Positions 42,102-54,637 are shown, numbered from the stretch's first letter. The stretch is 64,000 nucleotides of DNA from Octopus vulgaris (GCA_951406725.2 OX597816.1:36766001-36830000); one strand, 5' to 3'. Numbers and translations are program-made. The notes: a model not told the origin generated them from the sequence alone.

Positions 42102-42156
<55 letters not shown>

Positions 42157-42204
42157 GTATGGCTGTATACATAACTTACTTAGAATAACTTAGAAAGGTT
42201 TTGG

Positions 42205-42490
42205 CCAGTATTGGCCCAGGCCATGTCTAACTTAATAGCACCACCTGGTGAAGTCTTTCAGTTCAGGATTTGGGCACCAAGGCCCATTCGAGCAGAGAGT
42301 TATTGTTTGCGGAGACATATCCGGGTGTGGGTGGTTTGTCCGGTACTGTTTGAAGGAATTTGTCCAAAGACTTCTTGAATTTTGTGTGGTCAGTTTCTTA
42401 TTTGACGTACCCTGGTGTAATGTTGAAGAGAGCAGGTCCAATTGAGGTGAAATAGTTGTGCCGTATTGTCGTTATGTGATGCGATTTAGA
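42205..42490 (-). mobile_element. CR1/L2-group LINE 3' end
   Basis: GPALFNITPGYVK*...FKKSLDKFLQTVPDKPPTPGYVSANNNSLLEW, a typical ORF2 C-terminus. Confidence 0.75.
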
Positions 42491-42552
42491 TTTTTGTTGT
42501 GGACGGATGGCATATATGCATATTATATATATACATATATATTCATATGTAT

Positions 42553-42586
<34 letters not shown>

Positions 42587-42612
42587 ATATATACATATAC
42601 ATACACATACAG

Positions 42613-42664
<52 letters not shown>

Positions 42665-42668
<4 letters not shown>

Positions 42669-42747
42669 CAATGGCCGAGTGGTTAAGGCGTTGGACTTAA
42701 GTTCCAATGGACAAATATCCGCGTGGGTTCGAACCCCACTCGTGCTA
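42665..42747 (+). tRNA. tRNA-Leu (TAA), probably a pseudogene
   Basis: 83 nt with TGGCCGAGTGGTTAAGGC D arm, TTGGA-CTTAAGT-TCCAA anticodon arm, long variable arm and GGTTCGAACCC; T5 terminator at 42753; two acceptor-stem mismatches and one variable-arm mismatch. Confidence 0.85.
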
Positions 42748-42762
42748 TTTCGTTTTTATTTA

Positions 42763-43103
42763 GTGAAGGCGCATGGCTCAGTGGTTAGAGCGTCGAGCTT
42801 ACGATCGTGAGGTTGTGAGCTCGAATCCCGGACCGGGCTACGTGTTGTGTTCTTGAGCAAGGCACTTTATTTCACGTTGCTCCAGTTCACTCAGCTGTAG
42901 AAATGAGTTGCGACGTCACTGGTGCCAAGCTGTATCGACCTTTGTCTTTCCCTTGGATAACACTGGTGGCGTGGAGAGGGGAGGCTGATATGCATGGGCG
43001 ACTGCTGGTCTTCCATAAAACCACCTTGCCCAGACATGTGACTAGGAGGGTAACTTTCTAGGTACAATCCCATGGTCATTCATGACCGAAGGGGGTCTTT
43101 ACC

Positions 43104-43107
<4 letters not shown>
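42763..43107 (+). mobile_element. tRNA-derived CORE-like SINE
   Basis: A box TGGCTCAGTGG, B box GCTCGAATCC, gtgttcttgagcaaggcactt CORE-like stretch; close copy at 52218-52555. Confidence 0.85.
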
Positions 43108-43154
<47 letters not shown>

Positions 43155-43959
43155 CATGGATGTATATACATATGTATATATATTGCGGGGATTTAGAAAT
43201 AACTGCTGGAGTAGATGTTTCTTAATTATTGAAATAACGTATGAACAGTAATGATTTTACTAGAATATGTTAAATATTATTTCATATAATCAGGCCTTGG
43301 GAAAGTTTTATATGGAGACAAAGCTTCAATGTATAATAAAATTTTAATCGCAAATCGTAACGTGAAATTGCGAAAAGTGTTAAAAATGTAGCAAGCCTAT
43401 TTTACTCTCAGGCACCACGATGTTTTAGATATATTGAATATATCTTAAGATAACATTATTAACAAAACTGAGTATTTTTGTTAGTTTTTCAGTTAAATCA
43501 CATTGAAATACATGATGCAGTGTCACATTTGAGATAGCTTTGTCAACCAACATTTGTTGTTTTTTTTTATCGGAGCTAGATGTAAGAATATTTTTATTAC
43601 AATACCAATTGTGTAATATAAACCTTAAAAAGAAAGTATTGACTTTTCTATTATTTTATTTAAGAGTAAAAACAAATTTTATGAATGGCGACATATTAAA
43701 TCTTTGTGAATTGAATATGGTGATGAAGCAAGGTAGATTTGAGTCTATATATCCATATATGTATAAATCTCTCCTTTCGTACACTCACTTACATAAGTAT
43801 ACACAGTGCCGTTCAAATCAGAATTGAAATTAATAGAAATATTATAAACCCTCACTGTGGGTTAAGTAGGAATAGGAATGTAAACATATTTTGTCTCTTC
43901 TATTCGTAAGAGTGAAAGAGTCAGTCGCCCATTCATTTTCGGTTTCTTTCTATCTGCAA

Positions 43960-44930
43960 ACAGTGGGGATGATCTATTGATAACCTAGTCATTTGTCAAT
44001 GTAGTGAAAATTACAGAATAACAAAAAGCACCTCAAAATAAACTTTCACGCGCTATTTAAAAAGCACATTAGGCAATATTAAAATGGAAATAGACAGAGT
44101 ATATTGTAAAGCCAGAGAAAACTATAATAAGAGGGATCAAATACCTCTGCATAGCAAACAAGCTACGAAGATTAGGGCTGAAGGCAGAGAGTAAATGTTT
44201 CATCTCAGCGCCTCAAGAACAAACCTTATTAACCCGGAAATACCAATCCAATGTGATGAAAAATGGACTAGATGCAAAGCGCCGATTCTTCAATGATGAT
44301 ATTGAAACAATGAACCACTTAATCTCTGGATGTAAATTTTTAGCTCCAGCAGACCATAAATCAAGTCATGACGGAGTTGGCCAATATCTATAATAGTTGC
44401 ATTATAAAATCAAAACTGTTGGCTAGTGGAAGAAGCGTCACACTGAAGCTGTAACAGAGAGAGAACATTTAGATATTCTTTGGAAATTTCTTACACATAC
44501 AGATAGCATCATTAAAGGAAATAAACTGGATATAGTATAGGAAATCAAAATAATAAAGTCTGTTTATTGATTGATATGTATATCCCTTGTGATAGCAATA
44601 TTCCGGCAAAAGAATTTCACAAACTGAGAAAATATGAAAAAAATGAATCATTGAAATACAAACAATCCTGGCAAGCTCGTATTACTTTAAATGGCCACGG
44701 CTCGTGAGCTGAAAGTAGATAAAATAAAATAAAAAATAAATAAATAAATATGGCATCTCAAGGCGGTTATAATACCAGGAACTGTAGAAGGTCTAAGAAT
44801 GATCAATAAGGGAAGTGAAAATTATTTTAGAATGATTCCTGTCTTACAACCCTCCAAAAAGTACAAAAAATATTTTACCAGTTACGTCACACATACTGAA
44901 AAGAACATTTCCGATAAAGTCCCATGGATT
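43960..44930 (+). mobile_element. Old R4/Dong-like (RLE) LINE remnant
   Basis: IETMNHLISGC...HDGVGQYL and DILW in heavily broken frames. Confidence 0.65.
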
Positions 44931-45092
44931 TTTTCTTTACATAACTGTATTTGATTTTGTAAATGAACAATCTGGTATGTTTCTTTTAGTGTCTTATCCA
45001 TATATGCAGTGAGTTGGGTTTTTTTTAGCCTAGGCAAGAAATGAAAATAAAATTGACGGAAGTAAACCACATAATAATAAAATAATAATAAT

Positions 45093-45650
45093 AATATTCA
45101 CAGACATGACAGAGTTGGAACCTACATACACTGGAAGCTATGCCAACACTGTGGAATAACAACAGAAAAAAGATGGTATAGGCACACACCAGAAAAGGTC
45201 ACAGAAAACGAGAAACCAACCATACTCTGGGATATGCCGATACACACAGATAGAGAAATTAAGGCCAACAGACCAGATATAGTTGTCAGAGATCATGAAG
45301 AAAAAAAATGCATTCTAATTGATGTATCAATACCGGCAGATGACAACGTGTCTCTAAAAGTAATGAAACTTTCAAAATACAAAGACCTGGAAATAGAGGT
45401 AACCAGAATGTGGAATCTAAAAACAGAAACAATTCCTATCATAGTAGGTGCATTAGGCATGATAAAAAAATATTCAGACAAAATAACATACAGAAAATTG
45501 CACTACTAGGCACTGCACACATCCTACGCAGAACACTTTCCATACAATAACCATCAGAGCATCACAACAAATCACAGCACATACCTAAGGCACACAGAGC
45601 TGCGCTCGGTAGTGAAGAGAAAGCACGCTATAAAAATAAAACTACTGAAT
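45093..45650 (+). mobile_element. R4/Dong-like LINE 3' fragment in (TAA)n
   Basis: HRHDRVG...ILWDMPIHTDREIKANRPDIV...LIDVSIP...KLSKYKDL (restriction-like endonuclease); flanked by TAA repeats. Confidence 0.88.
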
Positions 45651-45653
45651 GAC

Positions 45654-45690
<37 letters not shown>

Positions 45691-46222
45691 GGCTCTCATG
45701 GCTTCTGATCTTAACTGATTGGAAGTGTTATCATGTACATTGTTTTGTCTTGGTATAAAAGATGGGCTACAGCAAATATTCTGCTCAATACCACAGATTT
45801 GCTTGTCAGTTGTTTGACCTTAACCAGTTGAGCATGTCCCTTAGTGGCTGACGATATGTGCATCTCTGATCACGAGCAGAAGTAGTGGGGGAGCATCATA
45901 GCCATGTGTTGAGAGGGATTCTTTGGGGTTTGAATAGTTCACCTCTGGAAACATGGGTGGTTCTTTCAACATCCTTAAACAACCCTTATTCAGGGACCGT
46001 TTGAGCGGGATGGGCTACTCAACCTGAAGAAAATTCTAACTGGGCCCCACCTGCAAGGTCATGTGCTGTTTATCTTGATATGAGATCACCATGTCGCGCA
46101 CATATGGTTGTGATGCATGTGCCTGGTGTACCTTTATCAGACGGGTAGTCATGATGGGTATATTGGGCTTCGTATATTTTACCCCAGTGTCACTTTGATG
46201 GCATGAACTGCTCTCTCACTCA
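45691..46222 (+). mobile_element. Unclassified repeat of about 530 bp embedded in (TAA)n
   Basis: Reverse-complement copies at 47770-48323 and 48412-48508; no ORF. Confidence 0.75.
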
Positions 46223-46243
46223 ATAATGATAATAATAATAATA

Positions 46244-46300
<57 letters not shown>

Positions 46301-46305
46301 TTTAT

Positions 46306-46449
46306 TCAGTAGTTTTATTTTTATAGCGTGCTTTCACTTCACTACCGAGCGCAGCTCTGTGTGCCTTGGGTATGTACTGTGATTTGTTGTGATGCTCTGA
46401 TGGTTATTGTATGGAAAGTGTTCTGCGTAGGATGTGTGCAGTGCCTAGT
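46306..46449 (-). mobile_element. Dong-like LINE extreme 3' end
   Basis: Reverse complement of 45505-45650; matches 56495-56645. Confidence 0.85.
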
Positions 46450-46464
46450 AATAATAATGAGAGA

Positions 46465-47070
46465 GAGAGAGTATTACAGAAGAGTTAGATAAATATTAAG
46501 CATTGAACTTAATGCTATAAACACGATAATAGGGATAAACATGCTAGCCGTACCAGTCATAAATTACAGCTTTAACATAGTAAACTGGAATACCAGTGAA
46601 TTAAGAAACCTAGATTGGAAGAGCAGAAAACCGCACCAAAGTCACTATAAAGTCACTATATCAAACAGACGCAGACAGAATATATCTACTACGCTTAGAA
46701 GGGGGCCCTGGCCGGACACAGATAGAAAGTTACTATAAAATTACAAAAGTTGGACTAGCAAAGTACTTAGAAACAAGGAGGGTAAGGCTACTTCATGTAG
46801 TAAAGCAATATCAGAAAAAGAAAACGCTTTTCTCGATACAGAAGGAGGCGACAAAATACAAAACAGTAGCAAATTACACTCACACACTGACCTCAGTGAC
46901 AACATAGCAGAAATGGTCAGAGAGACAAAATACAAAATGAAAACTGAACTACAACATCAAACATATGATACCCTAGGCATAACACGAACATGAACATCTA
47001 ATTTGTTGTCTCTTGAGGTCTCTTGAGACGTAGAGTCAACTTGTACAAATACAAAGCAAAAGACAAACAT
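46465..47070 (+). mobile_element. Related R4/Dong-like LINE remnant, internally deleted
   Basis: LAVPVINYSFNIVNWNTSELRNLDWKSRK is homologous to ORF 57272..58018; the 3' UTR resembles 56105-56215 reversed. Confidence 0.75.
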
Positions 47071-47091
47071 ATTATAATAATGATGATGATG

Positions 47092-47126
<35 letters not shown>

Positions 47127-47401
47127 TTATAATAATAATAACGATAATAATGATAATAATAATGATACATATAATCTCAAAACAAATGAAATTTGTAAAC
47201 ATTGTTAAAAGCATTTTTATATGTACATAATAGCAAAACAACTTTCACTGTCATCTCGACATAACACTATCACATTTAAAATGAAATTACTTTTAAAACG
47301 AATTTCTAATTTTCTTATATTTTCACAGACATTCTTTAGAACCATACGTTGCGCAACACCAAAAATATGGCACCCTAATCCTAACACCAATTAGAACTTC
47401 T

Positions 47402-47451
47402 AAGTGCGAGACCTGGAGTCAACGAGTACAACTAGAAAGCAAACGCCAAGC

Positions 47452-47516
<65 letters not shown>

Positions 47517-47640
47517 GGAAAACACTCGGCGAGAAACGGAAGAAAATTTGAAGAAAGAAGGAAAAACATAAGAATAATAATGATGATGATGATAATAATA
47601 ATAATGATTATTAGTATTATTATCATTATCATTATTATCA

Positions 47641-47718
<78 letters not shown>

Positions 47719-47768
47719 GCTTGGCGTTTGCTTTCTAGTTGTACTCGTTGACTCCAGGTCTCGCACTT
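47402..47768. repeat. Inverted repeat of about 52 bp plus (TAA)n arms
   Basis: 47402-47453 is the exact reverse complement of 47716-47768. Confidence 0.9.
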
Positions 47769-47769
47769 G

Positions 47770-48323
47770 AGTGGGAAAACAGAGCATGTCATCAAAGTGA
47801 CAATGGGGTAAATATACAAAGCCCAGAATACGTATCATGACTACCTGTCTGATAAGGGTACACCAGGCACATGCATCACAAACATATGTGTGCGACATGG
47901 TGAACTCATATCAAAATAAACAGCACATGTCTTGCTGGTGCGACCCAGTTAGAATTTCTTTCAGGTCGAGTAGCCCATCCCGCTCAAAGGGTCCACGAAT
48001 AAGGGTTGTTTAAGGATGTTGAACAAAACACCCATGATTCCAGAGGTGAATAATTCAGACCCCAAATAATTCCTCTAAACACACGGCTATGCTGCTCCCC
48101 CACTACTTCTGCTCTAATCAGAGATGCACATATCATCAGCCATTAAGGGATATACTCAACTGATTAAGGCCAAACAACAGACAAGAAAATCTGCGGTATT
48201 AAGCAGAATATTTGCTGTAGCCCATCTTTTATACGAAGACAAAACAACGTACATGATAACACTTCCAATCAGTTAAGATCAGAAGCCATGAGAGCCACTG
48301 CCTGGTACTACATGAGGGCATTG

Positions 48324-48410
<87 letters not shown>

Positions 48411-48507
48411 TGTGAGAGAGCAATTCATGCCATCAAAGTGACACTGGGGTAAAATATACAAAGCCCAATATACCCATCATGACTACCCGTCTGATAAGGG
48501 TACACCA

Positions 48508-48508
<1 letters not shown>
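47770..48508 (-). mobile_element. Two copies (one nearly full, one partial) of the 45691 repeat family
   Basis: Reverse-complement similarity; separated by (TTA)n. Confidence 0.75.
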
Positions 48509-48591
<83 letters not shown>

Positions 48592-49849
48592 CATTATTAT
48601 TATTATCATCATCGTCATCGTTATTGTAGGCCATTCTTTTTTCACAAAAGGGCGCCAAATTTGGAGCATTATACAACATATGAAAACAAAGAAACATATT
48701 TAATATTTAATACAATGCTATTTTTCTTTCAAAAAAAAGAACAAACATAGATCCGACATATTTTTATTCGCCCAATGCGGACCTATAACTCCAGATCATT
48801 AACAGGTTCATTGAACTACAGCAAACGTGTCTCATTTGTCTTCTTTTCAGGAAATTCACTTGAGATAAGCACATCAGATTCTACATGCATGTTATGGCAT
48901 TTGTAAAGTTTATGAACATAATATCTAGCAAGTTATCGTTATTTCGTTTTTGAAACATTAATCATCATTATGCCAAGCAGTTTATTTTGGTAAACAAAAC
49001 TAAATCCTGCACTACATTTATTAGCATCTGTAAACATAATGCATCTACCATCTTTACATTTTTTTGCTATGGTAAAGATGGCAGAGCAGAGTGTTCCCTG
49101 GGAAGCGATCATCACAGACGCTTTGCTCAGCAAAGTCAGGAGATATAGCGAGTCGGTTAAAGTCTGTGAAAACTGTGGATAGGAAGCAATATGCCTTCGT
49201 TTAGCGATAGGTGTAAATTTATTTGTAGTAACTAGGGTTCACTCTAGAGTTCAGGAGTCTTGTACTAGCCACAAAGGAGGAAAAAGATTTTGTCTGAAAA
49301 TTGTCGGAAGCCGCTGAGAAAGCAGATCATCATATCTGGTTCAAGTGAAAGAATGAGTGGTGGGGCAAGAAAGAGTATTGCGAATGGAAGAAACATCTGG
49401 TCCAGGGTCACAGCATTTTACCCAACAAAGCTCGTACAACTTACGTAGGAGTTTTGTTGCTTGCATAGGTGGCTGGCCTGGAGCACGAAATATATCAGAA
49501 CAACTTCACCTGATATAACGATCGGCTAATCTATTCAGAGATATAGTACAGAAGCACCTTCATCACACAAATGTTTACCCTAAATCTTCACGCAGAAATA
49601 TTATCAAGGCTGTTCCTAAATCTTAAACTTCTAAGGATAGAAGGGCCCCTTTCAGTCTTTCTAGACTAGAGATGGTGTCGCGATAAAAATGCTGGAGGTC
49701 GTGGCACATTATCAACACTTTCCTCTGCATAAGAGTAATGAATAACTGAATTATCACAAACAACGGACTATCGCCTGGCAGGTGCCCTGTGGCTAAGTAG
49801 CACAGGTCCTGTTATCATTATACGGCTGTTAGAACAATTTGGGTTAAGA

Positions 49850-50100
49850 TGACGAATACAACTGTTACTTTTTTAGTAGAACCACTATTAATGAAGGAAG
49901 AGCCGTAAGAGGATGTAGAAAGAGGATGCATGACATATGGTTGGAGAAGCAGGGCTTAGATATTACGGAACAGAGATGTTGTGACCAGGTAACTGCAATA
50001 AGTAAGAAAGGATGACTAACAGTTTTAAAGCTCGATGAAATTAGAAAGAAGGTGATGATAGAAAACATCGGGAACGATGCAGCAGTAGATCCGGAGTAAG
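49850..50100 (+). mobile_element. N-terminal ORF remnant of an R4/Dong-like LINE
   Basis: RGCRKRMHDIWLEKQGLDITEQRCCDQVTAISKKG*LTVLKLDEI resembles the GYRKRM..W...TEQRL.DQ motif. Confidence 0.6.
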
Positions 50101-50419
50101 TTGACGATGCTGCACTTTCACTTTTGCCGGAACATGAAAGGAAAAACACTGGGTGTATATTGGTGGTGGAACACAAAGGGAAACAGAACAACACACACAC
50201 ACATACATGCATGCGCATATGCACAAATGCACACATATACTATATATATACATATAATTATGTATGTATATAACTGATGGAATTTTTTCAATTTCCGTCT
50301 ACCAAATCCACAAACAAGATTTTTGTCGGCCCGGGGCTACAGTAAAAAAAAAACACTTGCCCAAGGTGTCAAGCAGTGGGAATGAACCCAGAAGAATACG
50401 GTCGAGGCTGCTACTGCCA

Positions 50420-50570
50420 CTCCTCCTCCTCCTCCTCTTCTTCTTCTTCTTCTTCTTCTTCTTCTTCTCCTTCTTCTTCTTCTTCTTCTTCTTCTTCTTC
50501 TTCTTCTTCTTCTTCTTCTTCTTCTTCTTCTTCTTCTTCTTCTTCTTCTTCTTCTTCTGCTTCTTCTTCT
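50420..50570. repeat. (CTC)n-(TTC)n microsatellite
   Basis: Direct reading. Confidence 0.95.
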
Positions 50571-50957
50571 AGCAAAACCCTTTTATTAATCAACAGTATC
50601 AACTGTTTTGTTAATTAACTGTAACTAGAAGCAGTTTTCCATTTCATAAATGCCTGTCCTGACTATTTGTATCAAAGCCGTCTTAGCCAATGCCTTCTAG
50701 ACATGGGGCTAAGTCTACGACCTGAGGACAGGAACGGAAATTCTGACGAATTTTCACAATGTTTCTGCCTCTAAAATTTCTTTCACAATGCTTTAATCGA
50801 ACCAAGGCTAAGCACAAGACAATTTCTCTTGCTTCTGCAAAGTGGCATCAAACCAAAGTTATGAAACTACGAAGCAAATTCTTAACCCCGACGATACAAT
50901 GCTACCATTCAAAAATTGCAAGTTTTAATCAGGATAATTTAAAAAGACTAATTATAT

Positions 50958-51120
50958 AGGCGCAGGAGTGGCTGTGTGGTATGTACTTTACTTACCAACC
51001 ACATGGTTCCGGGTTCAGTCCCACTGCGTGGCAACTTGGGCAAGAGTCTTCAAATATAGCCTCGGGTCGACCAAAGCCTTGTGAGTTGATTTCCTAGACG
51101 GAAACTGAAAGAAGGTCTTC

Positions 51121-51169
<49 letters not shown>

Positions 51170-51192
51170 TATATATATATATATATATATGA

Positions 51193-51230
<38 letters not shown>

Positions 51231-51468
51231 GTATGTGTGTGTGTGTATATGTTGTGAATCTGTGTTTGTCCCCACAACATCGCTTGACAACCGATGCTGG
51301 TGTGTTTACGTCCCCCGTAGCGTAGCGGTTCGGCAAAAAGGGACGATAGAATAGGTACGAGGCCTACAAAGAATAAGTCCTGGGGTCGATTTGATTCGAC
51401 TAAAGGCGGTGCTCCAGCATGGCCGCAGTCAAATGACTGAAACAATTAAAAGAGTAAATGAGAGAGTA
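50958..51468 (+). mobile_element. tRNA-derived SINE with internal (TA)n tract
   Basis: gtggctgtgtggta A-box-like, gggttcagtccc B-box-like, cttgggcaag CORE-like; partial copies at 15090, 19540 and 50275. Confidence 0.8.
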
Positions 51469-52217
51469 TGTAGAAATATTTAAAAGAAAATTTTTTATTA
51501 ACCGCAATATTCCGTTACAAGAGTCACATAAAATATGTTATAAATGACACGTAATTCTCCAGTATTTGCTTCCTCGCAGAGGTTATCTTACATGTCGGTA
51601 TGGTAATCTTGAATTATGTATATTTCATTAAGATAATGCACTTGTTGAGAATATAGACTTCAGCGATCTGAATGCTTCGTTTATGCAATAGCAATTAATG
51701 TGTTGGATTGTTCATTTCAATAACTTAATGGGTCTAATGGATGGGTTTGCAATTAATCCATAGCCGTCATTAGTGAGATTCACAACAAATTAAGAAATTG
51801 TATATTTCTAGATTTTTGTGTCAAAAATTATAAAACTTAAGAACTATGCAGTATCGTCTTCCATTATGGAACGTTGAAACGTTCTTTTGTTGCTTAATGT
51901 TGGATAAAAGTATAAATATTTAATTGAAATGTCTTCCTTGTTCAACGTTAACAGAATATTTAAGACTACTTATGAAGAAATATTGCTATTGGTTTTACGC
52001 GTGAAATTATGACATGCATAAATGGCTGGTATATCACAACGTCTGTATACTGAGCAGAATTAAGTAATGGAATACATTATATTATAGTTTGACTTAATTT
52101 ATTATTGTTGGAATTTGCATTAACTTCAAAATTCAGACTGACATTTAGCATTCCGTAAGTGTCAAATAAATATCATAATACTTGAAATAAATGGACATAA
52201 TGTTACTGGTATTATCA

Positions 52218-52555
52218 GTGAAGGCGCATGGCTCAGTGGTTAGAGCGTCGAGCTTACGATCGTGACGTTGTGAGCTCGAATCCCGGACCGGGCTGCATGT
52301 TGTGTTCTTGAGCAAGGCACTTTATTTCACGTTGCTCCAGTTCACTCAGCTGTAGAAATGTGTTGCGACGTCACTGGTGCCAAGCTGTATCGACCTTTGT
52401 CTTTCCATTGGATAACACTGGTGGCGTGGAGAGGGGAGGCTGGTATGCATGGGCGACTGCTGGTCTTCCATAAACAATCTCGCCCGGACTTGTGTCTAGG
52501 AGGGTAACTTTCTAGGTGCAATCCCATGGTCTGTGTCGTGACCGAAGGGGGTCTC
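52218..52555 (+). mobile_element. tRNA-derived CORE-like SINE
   Basis: High similarity to 42763-43107. Confidence 0.85.
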
Positions 52556-53229
52556 CGATTATCAGAATTGTGAAAGTGAATATTACAACACAGTTGGTTT
52601 GTGTGATAAGAGAAGTTAATCTCATACAAACAATACAGGTGAGTATAAGAATTTTTTATATTTTTTGAAATTCGTATTCTTTTTAGTAGATATTACAAGA
52701 AATATTATGTATATTTTTATATATTTTTCCTATCTGCAAACACGAAGTATTTTGGTGATAAAATAATGAAATGGCAATTCTACAGAATATTTAGTCTATC
52801 ACATGATTTACTGTAAGACTGACTAGTATGAGGCTGAAAATCTTTAGCATTATAGTTCAAAATATAGATAGTGATGTAGGAAAATTGTTATATTTGAGGA
52901 TGGTCATCTTTTACCAATTAAACGCTTGTGCTCATCTGTTTCAACACACACAATTCCACATCAAGTCTCTTGCAAGACAGACATATGTATCAAAATGTTT
53001 ACTCTTTCAAATCACTTTCAATTAGAAACAGCATTAGAAGTTGTATTTCCAATATTAAAATGAAATCATCAGAGAGCATAATTTATCAATATTTCATAGA
53101 ATGTAATAAATTAAACAATAATAGAAATACCGTTCATTCTATAGTCATGTTGTGTTAATGTAGTAGCATAAAACAATATAATGCTGAAGTATGTTTGCGT
53201 ATTATTAGAGCTGTGTGACTGGAAATATC

Positions 53230-54032
53230 GGTTTCAAATTTTGACAAAAAGCCATCAAGTTTACGGTAGGGGGCCTAGTCGCGTATATTAACCCCAGTGT
53301 TCAACTGGTATTTATTTTATTGATCCTGGAAGGATGAAAGTTAATGTTGACCTCTGTGAAATTTGATCTCGGAACATAAAGACAAACGAAATACCTATTT
53401 CTTTACTGCCCACAAGGGGCTACACACAGAGAGGACAAACAGGGACAGATAAACGGATTAAGGTGATCATATCGACCCCAGTGCGTAACTGGTACTTAAT
53501 TTATCGACCCCGAAAAGATGAAAGGCAAAGTCGACCTCGGCGGAATTTGAACTCACAACATAACGGCAGACGAAGTACCTATTTCTTTACTACCCATAAG
53601 GGGCTAAGTACAGAGAGGACAAACAAGGACAGACAAACGAATTAAGTCGATTATATAGACCCCAGTGCGTAACTGGTACTTATTTAATCGACCTCGAAAG
53701 GATGAAAGGCAAAGTCGGTCTCGGCGGAATTTGAACTCAGAATGTAACGGCAGACGAAATACCATTAAGCATTTTGTCCGGCGTGCTAACGATTGTGCCT
53801 GCTCTCCGCCCTGTCTGAGGAATGTTGATTTCATATTTTGGCACGAGGCCAGCATTTTGAGAAAGGTAGTTAGTCGCTTACATCAACCCAAGTACTCAAC
53901 CGGTACTTATTTTATCGAACGGAAATGATGAAAGACAAATTCAACCTCGGCGGAATTTGAATTCAGAAAATAAAGACCAGGCGCAATGCCGCTAAGCATT
54001 TATCTCGGCGTACTAACAATTCTGCCAGAGCG
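53230..54032 (-). mobile_element. Cluster of Nin-domain SINE units (four domain copies)
   Basis: actggtactt...tcgaccccgaaaggatgaaaggcaaagtcgacc recurs at about 53305, 53490, 53672 and 53900. Confidence 0.8.
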
Positions 54033-54555
54033 CCAAATTTTTTTCTATGGAAATATTATCGTATATGAAAATAACGAGGTGGCATAATTGCCAACACACC
54101 GTGGAAAGTGATTAGCGATATTTCGTCCGTCATTCCGTTCTGATTTCAAATTCCACCGAAATTGCTGGCCAAAATTTGATAACAATATTACAATCAATTT
54201 TTTTTTATTTTTTCAAGAAACATACCTATGCATTTTTGGTGGAAAACTTGGCGTTTTATGTTCAGGGTTTATTGGAAGTATGTTAGTCCAGCTTTTGGCG
54301 GCTGTAAGAGAAAGGTAAGGTGTTGTTTGCACTAAGTTTGTATATTTACAAAGAGAGACAAACCGAGCGACACATACATACTTTTGGTAGATTGTAGGTC
54401 TGTTCGTGTGTATGAATATGTGTATGTGGGTTTGTATGTGTATGCGTATTAATATTGTTTGTATTTGAGTCTTGAGAGATATTTTAGTATTGTGTATAGA
54501 TATAATAAGAAAATAAGTTGTCAGAGGAATAAACGATTATCTTAGGAACTATTTT

Positions 54556-54637
54556 AGCTTACGGCTGTTTCTGCTATAAGATTCAGTGAACTCAGAGTTA
54601 AGTGCTTGTGTAACATCTTATAGATTCGTCAGAGCCT
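54556..54637 (-). ncRNA. Type I hammerhead motif with long stem-loop II
   Basis: Minus strand GGCT-CTGACGA-AT-CTATAAGAT...ATCTTATAG-CA-GAAAC-AGCC-GTA-AGCT. Confidence 0.65.

Larger units (their letters stand above)
40117..42104 (-). repeat. 545-bp tandem array (about 3.6 units), one hammerhead per unit; candidate non-LTR retrozyme
   Basis: Exact 545-bp period (identical ORF starts at 40344, 40889, 41434, 41979); only about 4 substitutions seen among units; (TA)n on both sides. Confidence 0.9.

Noticed and set aside
40117-42104. CRISPR array or ordinary satellite interpretation
   Set aside because: No short repeat with unique spacers, and the context is eukaryotic; low copy number plus a hammerhead fits a retrozyme better, though a simple local duplication of a Penelope terminal repeat is not excluded
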